Positions 9,659 to 20,058 of a stretch of DNA of 64,000 bases are shown here, piece after piece. How positions within the stretch are numbered: position 1 is the first letter of the stretch; the number at the start of each line of letters is the position of its first letter. The stretch is taken from positions 1,056 to 65,055 of the forward strand of contig JAFVFB010000030.1 in assembly GCA_017475705.1 (NCBI GenBank). The letters are read 5' to 3'. The notes beneath the pieces are model-generated. The model was not told where the DNA came from and did not search any database. It saw nothing but the letters and a program-made list of their open reading frames with translations. This DNA is from Alphaproteobacteria bacterium (GTDB lineage Bacteria > Pseudomonadota > Alphaproteobacteria > RF32 > CAG-239). The translations under genes and the position numbers were made by a program.

Positions 9659-10921
9659 ATGTTTGGAACGATTTTACTGAGTGCTGCATTATTTTTTACG
9701 GCAATAGAGGCACATGCTAATGCCTCAGATTTTGCAAAATATTTTAAGGTAGACATGCAAATTACATTGCCGGATACAGACCAATATCGTCAAAAAAAGT
9801 ATCATAATTCGCAGTATGATAAAGGTTATGTATCCCGATTCGATATGGGACGCCAGTTTAAGCGAGAGTTTACTCGTGTCATAAAAGCTTATGGCATGAG
9901 TGAAGGTCGCATCAAAGCAGATTATGAGGATGATTTAATAGAGTTATTGCATTGGCTTCCTAAAGAATCATATCCCTATATAGGGCCAATGTTGCATGAA
10001 GTTCCGGGTATGCCTGAGAAAATATTAAATATGCCCGGAATTAAAGAAACAAAAAACCAATTTCCGCAAGATATTGCAGATCGTTTTATCGGAATAGAAG
10101 GAATAGAATATTTATCGCCGGAACTATATTTTTTGCTCATGCCGGATATTTGGAATCCCGAGCAAACCTTAGATCCAGAAAAACCTCTCCCGATTCGTGT
10201 TAGGAAACCCCGTGTAAATATCGATTTACCGAATGCCTTAAAATTAAATGCTCCCACGCCGCTACCCACAGCCTCAAAACAATCTTTAACAACTCATGCA
10301 AAGTTATCTACGGCAGTAAAATCTTCACAAAATTTGCGCACCTTAAATCCCTCGTTAACCTCTCGTTTAACAGCCAAAGATGTCCAAGCTTTCATCAGTA
10401 CCATAGATGACGTTATTAATTGGGGAATGCAAGATGAAATGAAAAATTACGCTCAACTTCTAGAAGGAGAGGCCGTACTGAATTATTGGGAAAAAGAGCA
10501 ACAGACTGCTCTGGCACAAAATGATTTAAAAGATATGGTCAATCCCTGTCAGCGGTTGGTATTAAAAACACGTTTTTCAAATCAATACAGTGATTTTGCA
10601 AAAGTTGTTGCTAAACAAGGTTTTACGCCGGAAGAATGGGCCTACACATGTGATAAAACTATCAAGTCATATCGTGTGGGGGTTGCCAATATGGCGCAGG
10701 CATATGCAATTCGCTTTCACCGTCGTGGCTACTATGACCAATACACAGAGCGGTTGCCAGCCAAATGGCGAGATCATATGTATGCAACGGAAGAAGCCTT
10801 GATTCGAATGTACACAGCGCTAAGAGAAGATGTAGAAACAGTACGTCCTTATCAAAAAGATCTTACCCGAAAGTTCATTAAAATGCGGGGTGTAATGCTG
10901 ACAGCTCCGATAATTTATTAA
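9659..10921 (+). CDS. Hypothetical exported protein
   Basis: 420-aa ORF with a signal peptide (AHA cleavage motif). No domain recognised. Confidence 0.7.
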   Translation: MFGTILLSAALFFTAIEAHANASDFAKYFKVDMQITLPDTDQYRQKKYHNSQYDKGYVSRFDMGRQFKREFTRVIKAYGMSEGRIKADYEDDLIELLHWLPKESYPYIGPMLHEVPGMPEKILNMPGIKETKNQFPQDIADRFIGIEGIEYLSPELYFLLMPDIWNPEQTLDPEKPLPIRVRKPRVNIDLPNALKLNAPTPLPTASKQSLTTHAKLSTAVKSSQNLRTLNPSLTSRLTAKDVQAFISTIDDVINWGMQDEMKNYAQLLEGEAVLNYWEKEQQTALAQNDLKDMVNPCQRLVLKTRFSNQYSDFAKVVAKQGFTPEEWAYTCDKTIKSYRVGVANMAQAYAIRFHRRGYYDQYTERLPAKWRDHMYATEEALIRMYTALREDVETVRPYQKDLTRKFIKMRGVMLTAPIIY

Positions 10922-11009
10922 AAAAAATCAAAAAAATAGTTGCAATTCTGAGATGTTTTGTGTATAAACTTTTGCAAAGTGTAAAAATCTTACATAAAGG
11001 ATAGATAAA

Positions 11010-11489
11010 ATGGCTCGTGTAACAGTTGAAGACTGTGTTGAAAAAATTCCTAATCGTTATGAACTTTTATTAGTTGCAGCGCAGCGTGCAAAAGATATTG
11101 CAGCCGGTTCGCCGATAAAGGTTGAGCGTGATAATGATAAAAATTCTGTCGTCGCATTAAGAGAGATTGCAGAAGGCCTTGCTGATATAGAAGATTTGCA
11201 GAAATCGCTAGTCATGGGTCTCCAAAAGTATGTTGAAGTGGAAGAACCGGAAGAAGAAGAGCTAGAAATTTTAGCGGCAGAAAAAGAATTAGCTGGGTTA
11301 GACAGCCAGTTCGATGGGGATATGATTTTGGATGCAGCTTTGGCTGATAATATGCAAATAGAAGATAGCCAAGGTGAAACCATCAATGTTGATACAGACG
11401 ATTTATCGTTAGACGATGTTGATTTAGATGATGAGCTCCTTGATGTTAAAGATGATTTTTCGGAGGATTTAGATAATATCGAAGAATAA
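11010..11489 (+). CDS. rpoZ: RNA polymerase omega subunit
   Basis: [34 protein letters not shown], plus the acidic tail typical of Alphaproteobacteria. Confidence 0.97.
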   Translation: MARVTVEDCVEKIPNRYELLLVAAQRAKDIAAGSPIKVERDNDKNSVVALREIAEGLADIEDLQKSLVMGLQKYVEVEEPEEEELEILAAEKELAGLDSQFDGDMILDAALADNMQIEDSQGETINVDTDDLSLDDVDLDDELLDVKDDFSEDLDNIEE

Positions 11490-11600
11490 AATATTTTTCA
11501 TCAAATATTAAAAAATATAAGGCAAGATAGAGTGCAAACTCATCTTGCTTTTTTTTTATAAATAGGGTATAATAGCTAACTATGGAGGTAAAATTGACCG

Positions 11601-13727
11601 ATGTTAAGACAATATGAACTTGTTGACATAGTGAAATCTTATGATCCGAATGCTGATGAAGATGCGCTAAACAGAGCATATGTATTTGCGATGAAAAAAC
11701 ATGGTGCTCAGATGCGGACATCTGGTGATCCATACTATTCTCACCCTATAGAAGTTGCTGGTATTTTAACCAAGTTTCGGTTGGACTGCAATTCAATTAT
11801 AGCAGGTTTATTACATGATACGGTAGAAGATACAGATACCACCATAGAAGAAATAAAGAGTTTATTTGGTCCCCAAGTTGCGGCTATTGTAGATGGGGTC
11901 ACCAAATTGGCAATAATTGAACAAAAATCAGGCTCCAGCAAACAGGCAGAAAATTTTCGTAAATTATTATTAGCAATGTCAGATGACATTCGAGTTTTAC
12001 TTATCAAGTTAGCAGACCGCCTGCATAATATCCGAACGCTACATTTTTGCCCAGAAGAGAAGCGTAAACGTATTGCCAAAGAAACGTTAGATATCTATGC
12101 GCCGTTAGCAGAGCGCATTGGTATGCAAGAGATTAAAACTGAGTTGGAAGAAATCGCCTTTGCTGAATTACATAAAGAAGCGCATGATTCAATTGTCGCT
12201 CGTCTAAATTTTTTAAGAGAACAGGGTAATAACCTGGTTCCGCGGATTATCAGTCAATTAGAAAAGGATATGGCTGAAAATGGTGTTAAAGCGGTGGTTA
12301 CAGGGCGTGAAAAATCGCCATATTCAATCTGGCGCAAAATGCAGTTAAAAAATGCCTCTTTTGAGCAGTTATCAGATATAATGGCCTTCCGCATCTGTGT
12401 AGATGACATCGCCGCCTGCTATCAAGCCTTAGGTATCATACATAGCAAGTATCACATGGTGCCACGTCGGTTTAAAGACTATATTTCGACCCCAAAACCC
12501 AATGGCTATCAGTCAATTCATACAGGTGTGATAGGTCCCGAAAATACCCGCATTGAAATACAAATTAGAACGCACGGAATGCACGAGATAAATGAAAAGG
12601 GTGTTGCCGCGCATTGGGCATATAAGCAAGGTCAAAAAGTTGCTGGTAGCAATTTCCGTTGGATACGTGAGCTTTTAGAAATTCTTGAGCAAGCACAAAA
12701 TCCAGATGAGTTTCTGGAAAACACGAAGCTTGAAATGTACAATGACCAAGTTTTCTGTTTTACTCCCAAAGGAGATTTGATTGGTTTACCATATGGCTCT
12801 ACTCCTGTGGACTTTGCCTATGCTGTGCATTCCAGTGTTGGAGATCATTGTGTTGGAGCCAAAATTAATGGTGAGATTAAACCACTGCGAAGCGTGCTCC
12901 AAAATGGTGATCAGGTCGAGATATTAACCTCAAAAGCGCAGCACCCGTCAACAGAGTGGGAGCGTTTTGTTGTAACAGGCAAAGCAAAAGCCGCAATCAG
13001 AAGATACGTCAGAGCCTGCAAACGAGAGCAATTTTTATTGCTCGGTAAAGACATTTTAGAAAAAATGTTCAAGCAGGAAAAGCTAGATTTTGATGAAAAG
13101 GCAGTATATGGCACATTGCCTCACTTTGAGTGTGAGAATTTAGATGATTTATATGCCAAAGTTGGTGAAGGTTTGGTAACAGGATGGGATGTTTTGCGCA
13201 CGGTTTATCCGGCATATAAACAGTCCAAGATAACCCAAGTGGTTAATTCCATCAAGCAGCCGAAATCCAAAAAGAAAAAAAATAATTCATTAAAAATTGA
13301 GGGGCTAATAAGTGGCATGGCCGTACATTTTGCCGGTTGCTGCCACCCACTTCCAGGGGATAGGATTGTTGGTATTGTGACCACGGGCAAAGGGGTTGCG
13401 GTTCATGCTTTATCTTGCAAATCGCTAGAAAAGTATGCTAATGAGCCGGAGCGCTGGTTAGATATATCATGGGGGCAAGATGCGCAGGCAGAAAATCACA
13501 CGGCGCGAATAAAAGTAATGATTAGCAATGAGCCAGGTGCCCTTGGGGAATTATCCAATTTAATTGCTCGCCAAAATGCCAACATTACCAACTTGAATAT
13601 TGTATACAGAACGATTAGTTATTTTGAGATATTGATAGATGTAGATGTTAAGAACACTGATCATTTGAATGATATTATAGCTGAGCTTAAGTCATCAAAG
13701 GTCATAAGTTTTGTATCACGTGCATAG
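11601..13727 (+). CDS. spoT: Bifunctional (p)ppGpp synthetase/hydrolase
   Basis: HD domain (LHDTVED), IKLADRLHN, synthetase motif YQSIHT, TGS, CC and ACT domains. Confidence 0.96.
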   Translation: MLRQYELVDIVKSYDPNADEDALNRAYVFAMKKHGAQMRTSGDPYYSHPIEVAGILTKFRLDCNSIIAGLLHDTVEDTDTTIEEIKSLFGPQVAAIVDGVTKLAIIEQKSGSSKQAENFRKLLLAMSDDIRVLLIKLADRLHNIRTLHFCPEEKRKRIAKETLDIYAPLAERIGMQEIKTELEEIAFAELHKEAHDSIVARLNFLREQGNNLVPRIISQLEKDMAENGVKAVVTGREKSPYSIWRKMQLKNASFEQLSDIMAFRICVDDIAACYQALGIIHSKYHMVPRRFKDYISTPKPNGYQSIHTGVIGPENTRIEIQIRTHGMHEINEKGVAAHWAYKQGQKVAGSNFRWIRELLEILEQAQNPDEFLENTKLEMYNDQVFCFTPKGDLIGLPYGSTPVDFAYAVHSSVGDHCVGAKINGEIKPLRSVLQNGDQVEILTSKAQHPSTEWERFVVTGKAKAAIRRYVRACKREQFLLLGKDILEKMFKQEKLDFDEKAVYGTLPHFECENLDDLYAKVGEGLVTGWDVLRTVYPAYKQSKITQVVNSIKQPKSKKKKNNSLKIEGLISGMAVHFAGCCHPLPGDRIVGIVTTGKGVAVHALSCKSLEKYANEPERWLDISWGQDAQAENHTARIKVMISNEPGALGELSNLIARQNANITNLNIVYRTISYFEILIDVDVKNTDHLNDIIAELKSSKVISFVSRA

Positions 13728-13735
13728 GAGTAAAA

Positions 13736-14263
13736 ATGTCCTTTATTGGTCACATAACCCAAGGACTATATAACAAAATACTAAAGAAATTAGCTGAAAT
13801 ATCGGCCTCACCGCAAAGCATAGCCGCGGGTTTTGCCACAGGGGTTGCTGTATCCTTTACCCCTTTTGTCGGATTTCATTTATTAATAGCGCTAGTCATA
13901 ACCAGAATCTTTCAACAAAACAGCGTCGCTGCAGCCCTAGGCACAATTTCTGGTAATCCGTGGACTTTCCCGCCGATATGGTATTTAACCTGGTACACTG
14001 GTGCTTTCTTGACACACCTGCCTTTATCAACTTTTCCTACAGATTTTATCCCCTATTTTAAAGAGCTGTTTCATGCTTTAATAATGCTTGACTTTAAGGT
14101 GTTTATAAGCGATATTTGGCCTATATATTATCCGATGCTGGTTGGGTGTATCCCTTGGGTAATTATGGTTTGGCTGTTTGTATACCACATTTTGAAACAT
14201 AGTTTACAGTCTAATCAGCAGCAAATAAGAGGAAGGATTAATGATTTTCGGAATAGGGTGTGA
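13736..14263 (+). CDS. DUF2062-family membrane protein
   Basis: SPQSIAAGFATGVAVSFTPFVGFH and GNPWTFPP. Usual position after spoT. Confidence 0.85.
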   Translation: MSFIGHITQGLYNKILKKLAEISASPQSIAAGFATGVAVSFTPFVGFHLLIALVITRIFQQNSVAAALGTISGNPWTFPPIWYLTWYTGAFLTHLPLSTFPTDFIPYFKELFHALIMLDFKVFISDIWPIYYPMLVGCIPWVIMVWLFVYHILKHSLQSNQQQIRGRINDFRNRV

Positions 14264-14645
14264 CATTGTGCAGGTGGCGCGGTTTAACCGAGGTGGCAGT
14301 TTTATTCAGCGATTTATAGCCAAACATATGACAGCTGCGGAGCAGGAAGAATTCCAATCCCTCTTAAAAGGCAAGAACGAACAAAGCATAATCTTATCCG
14401 TTGCCGCGCGTTTTGCTGGCAAAGAGGCTGTTGCAAAAGCGTTAGGTAGTGGTTTTCAAGGTGGCATAACCCTAAAAGATATAGAAATAACGCATGATGA
14501 GCTTGGATGTCCTCATGTTAGGTTATATAAAAAAGCATTACTCAGAGCCTATCAAGTTTCGCATGAACAACAATTTAAAATACACATAACTCTTTCGAAT
14601 GAAAAAGAATATGCCAATGCTGTGGCTGTTTTTGAGAGTGTCTAA
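14241..14645 (+). CDS. acpS: Holo-ACP synthase
   Basis: MIFGIGCDIV, AARFAGKEAVAKALGSG, HITLS. Confidence 0.93.
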   Translation: MIFGIGCDIVQVARFNRGGSFIQRFIAKHMTAAEQEEFQSLLKGKNEQSIILSVAARFAGKEAVAKALGSGFQGGITLKDIEITHDELGCPHVRLYKKALLRAYQVSHEQQFKIHITLSNEKEYANAVAVFESV

Positions 14646-14665
14646 AAAAGAATGAGATAAATTTA

Positions 14666-15580
14666 CTATGAACCATTAAAGTCAAGGTTCCATGCGGTGT
14701 AGCGGTTTCTGTCTTCAGTCCAGTTTTCGCGCACTTTTACAAACAAAAAGAGGTGAATACGCGTTTCCAGCAAGTCTTCAAGTTCAAGACGTGCTGCTTG
14801 GCCAATTTTTTTAATCATTGCGCCACCATGACCAAGGATAATTTGTTTTTGTCCGTCTCTTTCCACATAGATAGTCATTTCTGCCCGAACAGAGTCATCA
14901 TCGCGTCTTTCCCAAAGTTCCGGTTCTACAGTAAGAGCATACGGTAATTCCTGTCTCAAAAACAAAAACAACTTTTCGCGTACCACTTCTGCCGCCAAAA
15001 ACTTAAGTGGTAAATCAGACATTTGTTCTTCAGGGTAATACCAAGGGGAGGTAGGCAATTGTTGCGCCAGATAATCATAAAAATCATCTAAACCTTCGCC
15101 TGTGATAGCAGATACCATAAATGTTTCAGCAAACTCAAGATATTGATTAAGATCATTAGTCAAACACAAGAGTTTTTCACGTGTAACAAGATCAATTTTA
15201 TTTAGAACCAGCACAGGCTTTTGCGATTTTGTTTTAAGACTGTTAACAATAGCGCGTGTTTCATCATCAAAGCCGCGCTTAGCATCAACCACCAACGCCA
15301 CAATATCGGCATCGCCAACGCCATTCCAAGCAGAAGCCACCATAGCGCGGTCGAGCCGTCTTTTAGGCTGGAATATCCCTGGCGTATCTAAAAAGATAAT
15401 TTGTGTATTTTTCCAAATGCCGATACCTTTAATGGTTGTCCGTGTTGTTTGCGCTTTAGGGGAGACTATGCTGACCTTAGATCCGACAAAATGATTAGTA
15501 ATAGTAGATTTGCCGGCATTGGGAGCCCCAAGCAATGCCACAAAGCCGCAACGAGTACCGATTTCTTCACTTTTATTCAT
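14666..15580 (-). CDS. era: GTPase Era
   Basis: GAPNAGKST, QTTR, DTPG, NKID, and KH domain QELPY. Confidence 0.97.
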   Translation of the reverse strand: MNKSEEIGTRCGFVALLGAPNAGKSTITNHFVGSKVSIVSPKAQTTRTTIKGIGIWKNTQIIFLDTPGIFQPKRRLDRAMVASAWNGVGDADIVALVVDAKRGFDDETRAIVNSLKTKSQKPVLVLNKIDLVTREKLLCLTNDLNQYLEFAETFMVSAITGEGLDDFYDYLAQQLPTSPWYYPEEQMSDLPLKFLAAEVVREKLFLFLRQELPYALTVEPELWERRDDDSVRAEMTIYVERDGQKQIILGHGGAMIKKIGQAARLELEDLLETRIHLFLFVKVRENWTEDRNRYTAWNLDFNGS

Positions 15581-16235
15581 CAATAGCACCTAATGTTTTG
15601 AGCAAAGCATGAGCTGCTTCTTGTTCGGCATGTTTTTTAGAAGAGCCGATACCATGGGCAATATAGCCTTGACCAAGCATAACAGATACTTCGAATTGTG
15701 GCGCATGTTCAGGGCCTTTTTTATCGATAATAGCGTAGGATGGAACGTCTAGTTTGCGCTGAGCAGCCACTTCTTGTAGCAGTGTTTTATAGTCTTTTGG
15801 TGGCTGCGATTTTTTATCGATGAGGGGTTTCCACCAGCGTTCCACAAAATTTCGGGCTGTTTCCAGACTCTGGCTATCGATATAAATAGCAGCAATCAGT
15901 GCCTCACCAACATCACAGAGCACATTATCTTTATCACGTACTTCATCGTTAGCCACGCGGATAAAAGGAATAATATCGAGTTGTCGGACAACTTCAGCAA
16001 CTGTTTCTTTACAAACGAGCTGAACAAAACGTCGTGCAAGATTACCTTCTGGTTCGTCAACAAAAGTTCTACACAGCATATCGGCCACCATAACCCCTAA
16101 AATGCGATCGCCCAAAAATTCCAGCCGCTCATAATTGCGGTGGATGTCAGCCGTAACACTAGAATGTGTAAGTGCCTGAATCAGCAGATTTTTATCACGA
16201 AATATATAGTCCAGTCGTTGTTCAAGATTATTCAT
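15573..16235 (-). CDS. rnc: Ribonuclease III
   Basis: NYERLEFLGDRILG signature and dsRBD (KTLLQE..GPEHAPQF..SKKHAEQEAA). Confidence 0.96.
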   Translation of the reverse strand: MNNLEQRLDYIFRDKNLLIQALTHSSVTADIHRNYERLEFLGDRILGVMVADMLCRTFVDEPEGNLARRFVQLVCKETVAEVVRQLDIIPFIRVANDEVRDKDNVLCDVGEALIAAIYIDSQSLETARNFVERWWKPLIDKKSQPPKDYKTLLQEVAAQRKLDVPSYAIIDKKGPEHAPQFEVSVMLGQGYIAHGIGSSKKHAEQEAAHALLKTLGAIDE

Positions 16236-16322
16236 AAAGCAGTATCCTTTAATGATTTATCTGTAAAAATAAAATTTAAATTTAGCAAATGCAAGTACTT
16301 TTTTAGGCAGAAGGCGATAGAC

Positions 16323-16331
16323 TTATCCACA
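16323..16331 (+). promoter_or_regulatory. Perfect DnaA box in the rnc/tRNA-Gly divergent intergenic region
   Basis: TTATCCACA. A single site, function unproven. Confidence 0.35.
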
Positions 16332-16409
16332 AAAAGAAAAAAGCAACTTGAATTTAGGCTTTGCAGAGAGTAGCAATAGGAGTGTTCAAGATAAACTCCT
16401 AAAATTGGT

Positions 16410-16483
16410 GCAGGCGTAATTCAATGGTAGAATGAGAGCTTCCCAAGCTTTTAATGCGGGTTCGATTCCCGTCGCCTGCTCCA
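16410..16483 (+). tRNA. tRNA-Gly (anticodon CCC)
   Basis: GCAGGCG/CGCCTGC acceptor stem, anticodon loop TTCCCAA, T-loop GGTTCGATTCC, encoded CCA; 74 nt. Confidence 0.95.
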
Positions 16484-16545
16484 ATCTCCGTAATAATAAA
16501 ATTTCTTCCAGACCTAATATGAGATATTAAATTTATAACAGAAAA

Positions 16546-18225
16546 CTAGCGTTCAAGTTTTTTGTATCGTACCCGATGGGGCCTGCAAGCTTCTTCACCC
16601 AGCCGACGGATTTTGTCTTTTTCATAATCTTCAAAATTTCCCTCAAACCATTCGACATGACCTTCATCTTCATAAGCGAGGATATGGGTTGCCAATCGGT
16701 CTAAAAACCATCGGTCATGAGAGGTCACCAACACGCAGCCAGGGTAATTTGATATTCCCTCTTCAAGAGAGCGCAATGTATCGACGTCTAGGTCATTAGT
16801 TGGCTCATCAAGCAAAATAACGTTTGCGCCTTTTTTCAGCATTTTAGCCAAGTGCACGCGGTTTCTTTCACCACCGGAAAGTTGACCGATTTTCTTCTGT
16901 TGATCTGTCCCCTTAAAATTAAACTGACCAACATAAGCACGAGAAGGCATTTGTTTCTTTCCCAGTTCAATAATGTCCAATCCGTCGGATATTTCTTCCC
17001 AGATTGTTTTATGAGCATCGAGTTCATCACGGCTTTGGTCAACATAGCCCAAATCAACGGTATCACCGATAACAATTTCACCGGAGTCAGGTTTTTCCTG
17101 ACCTGTAATCATCTTAAACAAAGTGGTTTTACCTGCGCCGTTCGGACCAATAATACCGACAATAGCGCCCTTTGGAATTTTGAAGGAAAGATTGTCAATT
17201 AAGACACGTTCTCCATAAGATTTAGATATATTTTTGGCCTCAATCACCATATCGCCCAGTCTATCTGTCATTGGGATGTTGATATAAGCTTGAGAAAGTT
17301 GTTCTTTAGCTGTCTGGGCGAGTAATTCTTCATAAGCATTAACGCGAGCTTTTGATTTTGCCTGTCTTGCTTTAGGGTTTTTTCGTATCCATTCCAATTC
17401 ATTTGCCAAAGTTTTCTGCCGCGCAGACTCTTCACGATTTTCCTGTTCAATACGTTTTTGTTTTTGTTCCAACCAAGAGGTATAGTTACCCTCATAAGGG
17501 ATTCCCTGTCCGCGATCCAATTCCAGTATCCATCCTGTCACATTGTCTAAGAAATATCTATCGTGTGTAACCATTACAACGGTACCTTTGTAGTCGCGTA
17601 GGTGATGTTCCAGCCAAGCAACAGACTCAGCATCAAGGTGGTTAGTTGGCTCATCAAGGAGGAGCATATCTGGCTTAGAAAGTAGGAGCCGACATAGCGC
17701 GACACGGCGTTTTTCCCCGCCAGAAAGTTTGGTAACATCAGCATCAGCTGGTGGGCAACGCAAAGCTTCCATAGCAATTTGCACTGTACGTTCAATATCC
17801 CACCCATTAGCTGCATCAATTTTTTCTTGTAAAGTAGCTTGTTCTTCAATGAGGACATTCATTTCATCATCAGACAGAGGTTCTGCAAATTTCATTGATA
17901 CTTCTTCAAAGCGCTTAAGCAATGCGACTGTATCACCCAAGCCATCCATAACATTTTCCATCACATTTTTAGCTGGATCGAGTTTAGGCTCCTGTTCGAG
18001 GTATCCGACTTTAACCCCATCAGCAGCCCAAGCCTCTCCATTAAATTCTTTATCAACGCCAGCCATAATTTTCAACAGAGTAGATTTACCGGCTCCGTTA
18101 ACACCCAACACGCCGATTTTAGCACCGGGGAAGAAGGATAAGCTGATATTTTTAAACAATTCCTTTCCACCGGGGAATACTTTGCTTAAATTTTGCATAA
18201 CATAGATATATTGGTAAGAAGCCAT
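16546..18225 (-). CDS. ettA: Energy-dependent translational throttle protein (ABC-F, EttA/ChvD)
   Basis: Two ABC domains; [45 protein letters not shown]. Confidence 0.97.
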   Translation of the reverse strand: MASYQYIYVMQNLSKVFPGGKELFKNISLSFFPGAKIGVLGVNGAGKSTLLKIMAGVDKEFNGEAWAADGVKVGYLEQEPKLDPAKNVMENVMDGLGDTVALLKRFEEVSMKFAEPLSDDEMNVLIEEQATLQEKIDAANGWDIERTVQIAMEALRCPPADADVTKLSGGEKRRVALCRLLLSKPDMLLLDEPTNHLDAESVAWLEHHLRDYKGTVVMVTHDRYFLDNVTGWILELDRGQGIPYEGNYTSWLEQKQKRIEQENREESARQKTLANELEWIRKNPKARQAKSKARVNAYEELLAQTAKEQLSQAYINIPMTDRLGDMVIEAKNISKSYGERVLIDNLSFKIPKGAIVGIIGPNGAGKTTLFKMITGQEKPDSGEIVIGDTVDLGYVDQSRDELDAHKTIWEEISDGLDIIELGKKQMPSRAYVGQFNFKGTDQQKKIGQLSGGERNRVHLAKMLKKGANVILLDEPTNDLDVDTLRSLEEGISNYPGCVLVTSHDRWFLDRLATHILAYEDEGHVEWFEGNFEDYEKDKIRRLGEEACRPHRVRYKKLER

Positions 18226-18274
18226 AATTTTTTTCCTTTACAATGACAGATACAAAACAATTTTAGCCAAGTGA

Positions 18275-18805
18275 TTATCTGGACAGAGCTTCAGCGCGTT
18301 TAATTTTTTCATATATACCTTCACGCTGTGCCTGTCTCCTTTTTTTCTCGATAATTTTATCATAGAGGGCATTAAGTTCTTCTCGCTCATTACGGCTAGA
18401 GTCATAGAGCAGGGTAGCATCATAGTCACCACGAGGGGTAATAATTTTACCATCAGGCATTTTGAGCGTACCGTTTTTATAGAGTTTCGCGCCAAATATT
18501 TTTTGAGCATTAAAGCGGCGGTTAGTTTCATCGCAATCCCACAATCCGTCATGCCGTTTAGAAAGGAATGCGCGCGCCTTAGCTTCATTATATTTATTCA
18601 TGCCCAGTTCTTGTTGTTCATCAGATTCGGCTGAACTCACCAGATAAGCTCTAGCAATTGTTTCGTAGGCTCTATATTTTTCAGCACCGCAAGCCAAACC
18701 TTCTCCAGAGATAAATCCCATACTCTCAACATCATCAATATAATCAGCCGCAGCAAAAGAGGCCGTTATAAACATAAGCAAGATGGCAAATATAGTAGAT
18801 TTCAT
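18275..18805 (-). CDS. Hypothetical exported protein
   Basis: 176-aa ORF with a signal peptide and RBS (GAGGG). No domain recognised. Confidence 0.7.
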   Translation of the reverse strand: MKSTIFAILLMFITASFAAADYIDDVESMGFISGEGLACGAEKYRAYETIARAYLVSSAESDEQQELGMNKYNEAKARAFLSKRHDGLWDCDETNRRFNAQKIFGAKLYKNGTLKMPDGKIITPRGDYDATLLYDSSRNEREELNALYDKIIEKKRRQAQREGIYEKIKRAEALSR

Positions 18806-18937
18806 ACGTTTTTCCCTCTATTTATTTAGTGTTCAGAATTATACCGATAAATAAATCTAATGCAAGCTAAAAAATGATTTGACAAATTAAAACATTTAGC
18901 GTATGTTTCGCTCAAACTTTTGTGTAAGGAAAGAAAA

Positions 18938-19063
18938 ATGAAAATATATAGCTCTTTAAAATCAAAAAAAGCGCGCGTCAGAGGGTGCAAGCTCGTTCGC
19001 CGCAAAGGTCGTTTATATGTTATTAACAAAAGAGAGCCGAAATACAAAGCTCGTCAAGGTTAA
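18938..19063 (+). CDS. rpmJ: 50S ribosomal protein L36, Zn-free (C-minus/YkgO) type
   Basis: Not in the ORF track. Manual translation [41 protein letters not shown] (41 aa), with an AAGGA RBS. Confidence 0.95.
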   Translation: MKIYSSLKSKKARVRGCKLVRRKGRLYVINKREPKYKARQG

Positions 19064-19085
19064 TGGCAAAGCGTAAAATATTAGC

Positions 19086-19107
19086 AAATCGGGCAATTGC
19101 CCGATTT
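19086..19107. terminator. Intrinsic terminator between the convergent rpmJ and ABC operon
   Basis: Perfect palindrome AAATCGGGCAATTGCCCGATTT running into a T tract. Confidence 0.8.
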
Positions 19108-19116
19108 TTTTTATGT

Positions 19117-20058
19117 TCAAAGTTCAAATCCGGCCAAAAAACGACCGCTATTATCGTCAATTTTGAATAGCCAATTTTCATAAAACAACCGATTCTCTTT
19201 TAGTTTCAAAATCGCATTTTGCGACACAATTTTCTCTTGTTCACAGTTGATAGTCAACCAATATCCTTCTTTATCATTATGCAGAACAGATAAAACATAA
19301 ACCAATCCGTCAAAAGTCGTAATTTGGTATTTTTGCAATTCATTGAACTTTTGCATGTCAATATGATTAGCATTTTTAACATCAACAGCACTTAAATACC
19401 AGAGCTGTTGGAAGAGTGCATGTATTTGCGGCGAATTATTTTGCTGTTTGGAGCGGAGTTCTTCTGTTCTAAAACGACGATAAGCAGTATATTCATTTGC
19501 AACAACCTGCTGGACTTCAGCATAGGGAATAGCGATCAGTGGCATTTTAATCCAGTCCATGGCAGCAACAGAAACATCGAAATTTCCGATAATCTGATAG
19601 ATATAAGGCAAATTATTAAGTTTTGCCTCATAGAATTTATTTTGCGGCCGTTTAGTCATGATAGTTGCCTCATCAATAACTTTTCCGTTTTCATCAAAGC
19701 TGCGGATAACCAGATCTTCAGTGCCTTTAGCTTCTGCGGATTGATGAATGGGGTCAGCCCGAAAGATTTGCGTATTATTAATCAGTTTAATAAAGGCATT
19801 AATTTTTGCAAAATCGACATAATAGTCATCAGCCTCATGCACGCGCCAAAGATTATCTTTTTGTACCAACGTTAGAGAGGGTTGATTTGCTTTTTTTAAC
19901 ACAAAGGTATGAACAGATTTAATGTTTCTTGTCTTTTCAAAAAAATAATTTCCACGAGAAAGGGATTGCACATAGCGCGCATAATGCCAGCCGCCCCAAA
20001 CAAGCAGAGCCAAAGCAAAACAGAACATGAGAAAAGCGATTTTAATATGTTTTATCAT
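19117..20058 (-). CDS. DUF4340-like accessory protein of the Gld-type ABC transporter
   Basis: N-terminal anchor, W.V..ADDYYVDFAKIN, TTFDGLVY, WLFKI. Last gene of a gldA/F/G-like operon. Confidence 0.65.
   Translation of the reverse strand: MIKHIKIAFLMFCFALALLVWGGWHYARYVQSLSRGNYFFEKTRNIKSVHTFVLKKANQPSLTLVQKDNLWRVHEADDYYVDFAKINAFIKLINNTQIFRADPIHQSAEAKGTEDLVIRSFDENGKVIDEATIMTKRPQNKFYEAKLNNLPYIYQIIGNFDVSVAAMDWIKMPLIAIPYAEVQQVVANEYTAYRRFRTEELRSKQQNNSPQIHALFQQLWYLSAVDVKNANHIDMQKFNELQKYQITTFDGLVYVLSVLHNDKEGYWLTINCEQEKIVSQNAILKLKENRLFYENWLFKIDDNSGRFLAGFEL

Noticed and set aside
18826-19047. 73-aa minus-strand ORF
   Set aside because: It is the antisense shadow of rpmJ.
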